Assembly: GCF_964204865.1 (NCBI RefSeq)
Contig: NC_135258.1
Span: forward strand, 17,422,001-17,486,000
Source of the DNA: Styela clava
Taxonomy: Eukaryota
Length of the DNA: 64,000 nucleotides
Reading direction: 5' to 3'
Positions 54,601 to 64,000 of the stretch are shown in pieces (the first letter of the stretch is position 1; every line of letters begins with the position of its first letter). Both the position numbers and the translations under genes were made by a program. The notes beneath the pieces are model-generated. The model did not search any database. It was not told the origin of the DNA and saw nothing but the letters and a program-made list of their open reading frames with translations.

Positions 54601-57600
54601 TATATAAGTTATAAGCTGGCTCTTATCCAGTGATATAAAATAATTTTGTTGTCAAAACAGGTACAAGAATGTACGTCAGCTGATGGAAAAGATTCACTTC
54701 CCATTGATTCCACCACGTGATCTGTTACGTTACGTAAATTTCGTTGACTTTATGCGTCTTGAATGTAACTATCTACTTCTGGAGGCATCAAACTATCACA
54801 TGCTCCCACATTCCCAGCCGATACTCCAATCAGTCAGGACACAGGTATTATATTTTCACCTACATCTACATTTATCGTACACTTACATTTATCGTACCCC
54901 TATTCATTCAACACTATGGTATTCTATTAGTAATGTTGCTTTCATCATTAGGATGTTGGAAAACGTTAAGTTTATGTGATCTAGAAGAAACTTTCTGTTT
55001 CAAGGTGCGTTCAACCGACAAGAGGATGGTAATCGTTGGTGGGGTTGATCAACACGATAGAGTGTCCAATCAGCTTCTGGCAATCAATGATGACATGTCT
55101 AAATCTGAATTTCTGCCTCCGATGCATGAAGGATTGTGTAGCCACTGTGTCGCAGTCCTCAACAACTTTTTGTATGTCTTGGGAGGACAGAATCTGTTTG
55201 ATGAAAGAGGAACAACTGCGGTAAACACGGTCATTAGATACGACCCTAGGTTTGTGAATCTATCTCTATTCTTCACTTGCAAAATGAAATATCGACTGGT
55301 TTCTTTTGATATTGTATTTTTGTGTATCAAGATGTAATTAGTAATCAAATGCGTTACTTTAACTCCAAGCACAACTTACAATAGATGCGCAGTCATCAAA
55401 TTCATGGAGGTGATTCAACTCTGCTGTAGTATCAACATACACTTGTGAACGAATGAATACCTTGTAATTTCAACTAAGATGCCAATTCAACCAACTTTTA
55501 TAAATCAATGACTATCAATAAATATCCCGTCTCTTGACTTACCAAAACGGCAATATTTCAATGCTAGATGTATCTATTTGAAGAAACATTTTCCAATGTC
55601 TTGCTTCATTCACTGTATATTACAACAACAGGTTTAACATTTGGATGAGAATTGCTGCTATGAATGACAAGCGTGCTGGATTCACAGTAAGCGTTGTAGA
55701 GAACCGTTTGTATGCTCTGGGCGGAGTGAATAGCAGTGGAAGACTGTCTTCTATGGAATGCTACTCCCTTGAAGATGATAGATGGAGATATGTTGCATCA
55801 GTACAAACTGGCTTATGCGATCACGCCCAAGCTGTTTACGGAAACTTGGTATACATCAGTGGTGGATTCAAAGAGGGAAGATTCAGCAATCAGTTGCTGG
55901 CATATAGTCCAAGGTAGAACATAAAATTATTCTTTTTACGCGCTCAAAATTACGACAATATTGTGCATAATTATGCCAAAAAAATCAAAGCAGTAACCAA
56001 TTTAATATGATTTAATAATCTATGCTAAATTTCCAAATATTTAATTCCAGGCACGATACTTGGCACGAAAGATCTTCAATGCATTATGCTAGAGGATGGC
56101 ACGCTATGGTCAGTTATGGAGACAACATCCTGGTTACTGGCGGAAATAGCGGTCTCACTAAGAGAGTCGATATTCATGGTAAATACAATATGATTGAACA
56201 ATGACTGCCAAATATAAATTCTAATCTCATACTCACAAAATGAAATACACATAGTAGCATAGTCAGTATTTGTGCTTATCCACTTTGTGTATCGTAAAAA
56301 TTTATAGAATAATTCGTACTCAAAATTTCTATAATATTCACAGAAACTGAAATATATAGTGGAATGACAGACCAATGGACATTAGTGTCCCCACTGCCGA
56401 TGCCGCACAGTGAAGGTGGATGTGAGATATATGATGGAAAAATATATCTGGTAAGTCGTTATTCAAATTGTTTTCAGGTGGGAGTTAATATTCATAATTG
56501 TAATAGATTGCCATGCAAATGGACGATATGAAATAACCTCCACAAACACCGAAGTTCTGAAGTCCATATGCAGCAGAAAAATATCCTAATTTTAATTACT
56601 GGCGTAAATATATCCTGCCTAGTACTTAACACCTCAAAGTTTGTAAGCGTGAAATATCATGTTCTATATTTATACCTCTCTAATTAAAACGAGTTTGAAC
56701 TCAGAGACAGAGTTTCATTCAAATAGTCACTGAACTGTCGAGCATAACATTTATGTCACTTGGTACTTCAAATGATTTTTAAGCATTGCGGGGAGGCTAT
56801 TATCTTTTTTGCTATTGCCTATATTAGTAAATCATTAATTTTATTTCTAAGGTTGGTGGCTACAGCTGGGCACATCAGAAATGTTTGAGTACAATTCAAA
56901 GTTACGATCCCGCAAAAGATACTTGGGAAAATGCTGGAAATCTTCCAATTGAGTTATCAGGCGTACGACTTACTCTTATTACCATCCCATATTCTGTATC
57001 GCCTCGTAATGGTCTTGTATCCGGAGGTCATGTCCCACTCTCCTGGCCACCCAAGCAAGTGCCTGGACGCTTCATGGAACAGGTAGGTAGTTTTATATTT
57101 TTTGAAACCTGATCACATTTTGTAGTTTGAAACAGATAATCCATCATGTCTAAAGCAAAAATAATCATCAACAGTAGGTTCGGTTAAATATGTATCTTGT
57201 TTGCTGAACATAAGTTTATTGTTAATCGTGACGTCTTAATGTATATCTAGGATCCTCGAATGATGATGGGAGGTATGGCAGGTATGCCGTTGATGGGCGC
57301 TATGATGAGTATGCCTGGAGGATTCCCAAGTACAGGTCAGATGTATCATCCTGGCACTCAACCAACGTCTGGTTTCCTGGACCCTACAACTCTACAAGAT
57401 ATGAGAGAGGCAATGGCTAATATAAAGATGAGTGGAGATCCGAGGTATGTGTATTATTTGAAATATGACAATATTCCAAATATTTGTTCTAAAATCTTCT
57501 TATTTATTTCTTTTCTGTGTTCAGACTCAGCCAACCGCAGCCTATGAAACGAACAGAACCTTCTAGAATACGAAGCAACCCATCATCTCATAAAGATTTA

Positions 57601-58061
57601 GCTTCTGAACTAAGTTCGGATGACCGCGCTCGCAGTCAAGACGATTCTAATATATACAGGTAATAAAACTAAAATACTAGTATTACATTTATCTATCTTT
57701 TACATTGTAACTTTATGTGCAAAGTGCATTTTTTTGCAGTCGACCACGTAGTACCAGCATAGATGATACAATATCTCTGGGTTCGCGGAATATCTTGTTC
57801 GGTAAAAATGGACTCGAAAGCGGACCCTCAGAGGCACACACTGCAGTGTCAATGCCGCGTTCGACCGCCTCTAGTGGAAAGTCTGTCAAAAGTGCAAGCT
57901 TCAGAACTCCCGTAGAAGAGAAAAAGAAAACATCTGACGAGTCTTCCAGCTCAAGTGACGACGATGATGAAGATAAAGCAAATTCTTCCTTAAAAGTAAT
58001 AAAGTCAAAAAATGAAGATAGTGAAGTTGATGAAAGTACCATTAGAGCATACAGAGGATGA
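51683..58061 (+). CDS. BTB-BACK-Kelch (KLHL-family) protein with a long low-complexity C-terminal tail
   Basis: ATG at 51683; BTB (LCDVTL..FPAHKNILASCSPY), BACK (SELELFEAARQWL, IHFPLI) and six Kelch repeats (VGG, LYVLGG, LYALGG, VYISGG, LVTGG, IYL|VGG); TGA at 58059-58061. Resembles the KLHL9/13/26/36 group; ortholog not assignable. Confidence 0.9.
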
Positions 58062-59426
58062 AGATCGGCACAAGTGGAACAAACTGCAGAAGTTCACTGC
58101 AGTACTGTATATATACCGTCGGCGTCTAAACTTCTGGTAAACAACTCCGGATTAGACTGTATATTCATATTAATTGATTGCCACAGCTAGTTTGCGAAAA
58201 TTTCTTTACAAAATATGAAGAATGTAAATTTTAATGAGGAATGTCTTTTGCCTAAATATTAGTATATATATTTATAACATTTAATCAAATTTTGTTGTAC
58301 ATTTTTAAAATAAGTTAGTTTCGTTACTTATAATCTTCGCGTTAATTTAGATAAACTTGATGATCAAGTAATTATTTTATTATGGTGAATTTAATAAAAC
58401 AATCGCTCTTTATTGTCCTCCTACAAACCAACATATGAAAAATAAAGGAATATGATCCAAAATATACAAGACACCCAATGTCATTGTTTATTAATTAATC
58501 TTTATCGTAAAATTTATTTGATTTCCATATTACTTGTGTATATTCCGTTTTTCAAACAATAATATGCTTGATAGAAGTTTCAATGACGTTGAGTGTTAAC
58601 TGCAAAAATTGACAGAGGTTCATAATCGCATGTCATTGAACCTATGAAGACAATTTTTGTTATTCTTGTAAATTCATAAATATCATTGGAAAGTGTAATT
58701 AATAAAATTTAACACAAAATATTGCTTCCTCTTTATTGGTTATTATAATTGAATGCGATTTGTAATGATATTACCGGGGCATTTAGGCTAAGCTGAAGCA
58801 GAACTGAAACGTTACCTGCATAAATCGCAAATATACGTGGGATGTTTGCCTCGTAACTATTGTTAATATTATGTGTATATTTAAAAATATACTTTATTTT
58901 TGAGGTAAAACAGTTGCAATTGTCAGTCATTAATAAATATCAAATATTGACTATTGTTAATCTTTCATGTCATTTGAAGTCTCCGCGTGTCTGTCTAATA
59001 TTGTCAAGTATAAAATAAAAATAAACCAGCTATACATCATACAGTACTAATAGTGAGTCATATTGACCGAAGAAAACACTAATTCAAATAGTCTATGAGT
59101 ATTCATTTGAATATATGACTCAGCTAGATAAAGAATTGCGATTCCGCAAAGAAATCCAGAAATGCGAAATACTAATATCCTGTAATAAGATGGTTGTATG
59201 ATGGTATTGCTTGGGAAATATACAATACGTTTGTTAGTTTGGCTTTACAACTTATAATAAAATAAAATGCAGAACATCATGCTAATTTTGAGTTTTGCTA
59301 GAAATTGAAGAGTAATGTAAGCTGAGTAATAAACATAAGTGTAATAAATACTACTATTAATTTCAAAAAATTTCAGAATATATTTTACGAGAGTATTTAA
59401 TTTATTTTGGACTCACTGGTTAAAAA

Positions 59427-61680
59427 ATGGAAGAGGAAGATTCCAATATTTATGAATATGCAAATGGGACAAGCTCGTGTGGAGGACTTCCGAGACCTAA
59501 AAGAGAGGAAAACACATATGTGATTCCAATTCCTTCTCCTCACCCACCTCCAACGCTATCATCAGATGTGTACGAATCCAGTGAGCAAAACTTTATAAGT
59601 ATATATATATAAATTAAGTACCAGTAAGCATACTTGCGGAAACATTACCACAAAACTCCCAAAGTGAAAAAATAGACGAAAATAGAATTATTGTTTCTGA
59701 TTTTTCAATTCTCAGTTGCAACAACACAAAGTTTCCTTTGATTGATTGTAGTTGGTTGTAGACTATCACCTATTTCGCCATAATTTCCTAAGCGTTTGGA
59801 TTTTTCAGAATATATATTAATCAATGCACATTCAGAAAGCATTGAAATATTGTGATTTTTCCATAGTGGATACTATCTATCAATCATTTCTTCTGTGTGT
59901 GTGAGGTAATGTAACCATAAAAAACTCATTTTTATTTTTCAGTGATGGGCCAGTACCGACCCTCTGACTCTAGCATTCAAACTTCTACAACTCGCAATTT
60001 TGAAAAATACAATGACTTGAATAAGAAAATGAAACGTATCATTGTATATTTTGTTTTTATAATATTCCTCTTCGCTGCATTTACCATCGTTGGATTTGCA
60101 TTATTACAAGTACGTGTCAATATTCAATAAATAAATGATATGGCCGTACACCTGAAGCCAAATTCAGTCTGAGAAATTTCAAACAAAGCAATCAAATCAA
60201 TTTCGGCAATACTTTTGCCGCATACTAAATGATTTGAAATTAAACGTAAAAACTAAGAGATTGTGTATGTTATTAAGATGAACTTCACTAGAAGTTTGCA
60301 TCTGGCATTAACAGTGAATAAGAACACATTCCAGTTATTTACCTTCATATTAGTTGACCGTTGTCAATATCGCATTGAATTCAACAGAGAGAGAGAGAGA
60401 GAGAGAGAGATTTCTTGTTTCTTCAATCAGAAAACAAGCGGTGGTACAATAAAATAAAATATGCAAGGTAATTCGGTATAGACTGGAGGGAGCAATACGA
60501 CCATAAGGTCATCAAATTCAGCTTCTCCCAAGGCATATGTGCAATCTATATTCACCATAATGACATATACAATTTGCAAGGTATCACTATACTGTAATGT
60601 GTAATAAAATTATTGCGATCAAGCGATATAATAAGTTAGATTTCTTTTAGATGAAGCATGACTGCTTATCTCGGGATCTGGAACAAACGTCACACGCTTT
60701 GAATGACTCAGTCAAAATTCAGAAGCAATTGCTAAGAGTCACAGGATGGTATCTTGCAACGAATCATAGAATTTACAAACTCTATAAAACAAACATGACG
60801 TATTTTGCTGCGGAAAAAATCTGTCAAAGTGAAAACTCCCTACTCGTCACATCGGGAATAAGAGATCCCGTAATAAGAAGGTGCCGTAGCTTATCATTAT
60901 TTTTTAATGTGGCTAATTTTACAATACTTATATAATATACGAAAAGATTTCTACAAATATCTAGTATATTCAGTTGAGCTGCAAATTACGACATGAAAAT
61001 ATATTAATTTAATGCATTTATTGGTTTATTTTTTATTATTGTTCACAATTCACTATCTGAAGGGCATCGCCTACAGCGACCTACATTCACAGTGTTAGTA
61101 TTGAAATTCCACACATTATGACTATAAATGGAGCAGTGCTGCCAACAATTAGATTGATTTTATAGTCTAATGATGCATATTCCTGACATAAAACAAATTT
61201 TTATTGCGAAATATTGAGGGAGAGTCAACTTGTGTTTGTTCAAAATTGAATTGAACAAGGCGACGGAAACATTAATCCGTCAGCGCAAAGTTTGAACAAT
61301 GGAAATATTTTGATCTGCATAGCCTACCAAGTACCAGAAAGTGGCCCAATTTTTTTGTTCATACAATGAATGTGTCAATGTACAATGTGGTCAAATGTAA
61401 TAACGGCAATCGTATTTTCTTATTTTTTCAGCGAGTTAATAAAAAAGGTGGTACAACCCGGAGGCTATGATACATGGATCGGTGTCAATGACATAAAAAA
61501 GAAGGACATTGGGTATGGTTAGACAATGTGACGTCAAATTTGAATGACACTTATTGGATGGAAGGACGTCCAAATAATTATAACGGCAACGAGAACTGTG
61601 GTCATTTGTGGAAAACACACAATTATAAAGTCAATGATGCTAACTGCAAAGAATTTATGTATTTCATATGCGAAGCTTGA
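59427..61680 (+). CDS. Type II transmembrane C-type lectin-like receptor, 4 exons
   Basis: Exons ~59427-59580, 59943-60109, 60651-60880, 61432-61680 join in frame; cytoplasmic N-terminus, TM IIVYFVFIIFLFAAFTIVGFALL, neck, CTLD (AEKIC, WIGVND, WVW, RPNN..ENC, VND..C..FICE*). Confidence 0.9.
60386..60410. repeat. (AG)12 microsatellite
   Basis: Read directly from the sequence. Confidence 0.95.
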
Positions 61681-64000
61681 ATAAAAACAATTATACTGAT
61701 GGCACCTAACGAAACTCTATACCTCAGACATTTCGTCATGTTATCCATCTAATGTGTAATGAAATACCCTTGGAAATGACGAGCTGATAGCTTTCCACTG
61801 AATATTTTATCGCTTATCGAGAAATGTTGTTTCCAGGAAATGGGTGGCTGGTACTGAAATGAACTATCGAACAGTCTCGAATTAAAGAAAACCAATTGTG
61901 TTGGATATAAAATATCATTTAATATGAATAGAATTATAGAAATTTAGAACAGTGATTGGTCATGACTTCCGGTCAGTGTTGTCAACTTGAGAAGGTCAAA
62001 AGAGGTTTTTTTCAATACAGATAACCAGACAAATCGTAGAAGCTAAGAAATATTTTTGGTTAAGTATGTAATTGGGTTTGTTGTACTATTGCATTCTTCT
62101 ATTTATTCCACTAAAAGTTTGAAAAATTAAGTGTGATGGATCCAATAAATGCTACCATTAGTGTGACAAGTGTTGACATTCAGGTTTTGCCTATTTAGGA
62201 GGTCTTATTGACTCCAACTCTTTGTCTAGTAGACCATTTGAGACTAACATTCGTGATAAAGTCAAGCAAACAAATTTCAAGCCAAAATATTCATTCATTT
62301 TGTTTTTGTGAATATATAGACTCGAAAATTATATTTCATGAATTTACACAATTTCTATCAAAAAAATAGTTTAAAAAAATTTATTCCGTTTTTTTTTAAA
62401 TTTTTGCAGGAGTTGTAGAACTATGTTGCATTTTTATTTAATTATATTATTACTTAATTGTTAACTTTTTTTGCATTCGCTAACAATTCCTGTCATTTAT
62501 TTTACAGTAATAAATCATTCAAACATTATATATTTCACATTTCAGTAGTAAAACATATAATTAAAATCGAATATACGTTATGAAATTTCAAGAAAGGCAG
62601 TTTGTGCAGATTTAATTTCAGATAAAATGAGTTAAAAAGCTAATGAAATTTTAAACTTGAAGAAGTGCCTCTGGCGCGTGGTACACTATTTAATAATAAT
62701 GTATGCATTTAAAACGTAAAAACTGTCAGATATTAGAATTTTCACTCAAATACTATATTTGGAATAATATTTGCATTTAAAGAAAACATTTTTTAAATTT
62801 GGTGAAGGCATACTAGGAATATTTGACGACTACCACCTTGCCACAAATTGGGGTAATTTTGCAATGTAAAAGCTTCAGCTACTAATTTGAAGGCGTTTAA
62901 CTACTAACCAGCGGGAGAGTTTATATTTAAAAATCGTAGGACGAAATTTTGTAATCATCAAATAACAAGGTAAGATTATCGGCAATATTTAAAACGCCTA
63001 ATTTAAAATTTGTTGACTACAAGTTAAAATATCAATAGACGTACATTTTTTTGTAATTGTGTGTAAATCATTATCAATCAAAAGTTAATTAAAAAAATAA
63101 AGATATTAAATATTTTTATCAGATTATGTTTTCGTTGTCATCATCTCTGTCTTGTATAACTAACCCATACGTGGCCATATTGAATAGATGCAGAGGAAAT
63201 TCAGTCAATTCTGTCAACTTGCAACCCCTTAATTCACATTATATAACAACATCAATAATGCAGGTGCTCTTGACTTAAATACAAATACAATACTGCCGTT
63301 GTAATTGCTACCTGACGTGTCAGCAGCTTCACTTAGATACGAATCGTAATGCTGACAGCTTTTATTTGATGAAATTTTTACGACTAAACCTGTATGAGTT
63401 AGTTCTGCAGTGGACTTCAGCTTCCAGATATCCATTCTTTAGCATACAATTATGATCTCCAGTTATCTGTTCATAAGCTACTTATTAAATGGACTACTAA
63501 TCAATGGTAAGTCATTAGCATTATATGGGATTATACTTTGCTACGTTGCTGCATTGTTTACTTCACCAGTATAAAACGAATTTTATTCCAATTAATCCAA
63601 AATTTTTAATTGCAAATGATGTTGTATATTTGAGCAACTCTGCTAATACGAAGCTAACAAGAACTTGTCAATCGTAAAACGTACTACCACAATTATTGTA
63701 AATTGATGTTAAATATTTCATGGTAATTATCTCAATCTTCTGGTATAGCGCATTATGATAGAATGGCAAAAGTAAGTATCAGATGGAACTTCAGAAGTAA
63801 ATATGAAATTCTACGCAATATAAATATTGTATATATATACTTATGGAACTATAAGGACATGAATGCCATCAGTGCCGACCGACTGCTATTTTTATTTTAT
63901 GAACAAAATGTCTTTATTCAGTTCATGCGAATGCAACTTCACTTCTTGTTTTATAGTTAGTGGAGATCCAATCGAGCACGAACTGTTAGAAGATTTGTTT

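Noticed and set aside
63229-63435. 68-aa minus-strand ORF near the window end
   Set aside because: No recognisable motif or convincing splice context; may belong to a gene outside the window.

Overview
AT-rich, intron-containing eukaryotic DNA. The short introns and gene set suggest a marine invertebrate, plausibly a tunicate, but this is inference only. The left third (1-24 kb) is an accessory zone of tandemly duplicated intronless TREX-like DEDDh exonuclease units (one apparently intact copy, one frameshifted copy, two 3' fragments). It is invaded by a full-length Mag-like Ty3/Gypsy LTR retrotransposon, a CACTA-like element, a hAT/Tip100 transposon, two IS3EU-type foldback elements, a 5'-truncated L1/Tx1 LINE and 6-bp-TSD MITEs. 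The right two-thirds holds four spliced genes reconstructed by hand from GT-AG junctions: a ~33-exon CLCA-family gene (+), a secreted LDLa x4-TSP1-trypsin protease (-), a BTB-BACK-Kelch protein (+) and a type II membrane C-type lectin (+). The best candidate for something new is the CLCA protein. Its self-cleaving HExxH motif is replaced by RQWAK, and a furin-type RKRR site sits in the linker where CLCAs normally self-cleave. It also carries a C-type lectin domain split by a 143-aa insert with two more furin-type sites, and a second degenerate VWA domain nested inside its FN3 domain, followed by a TM helix and basic tail. All family calls come from motif recognition; no database search was run.
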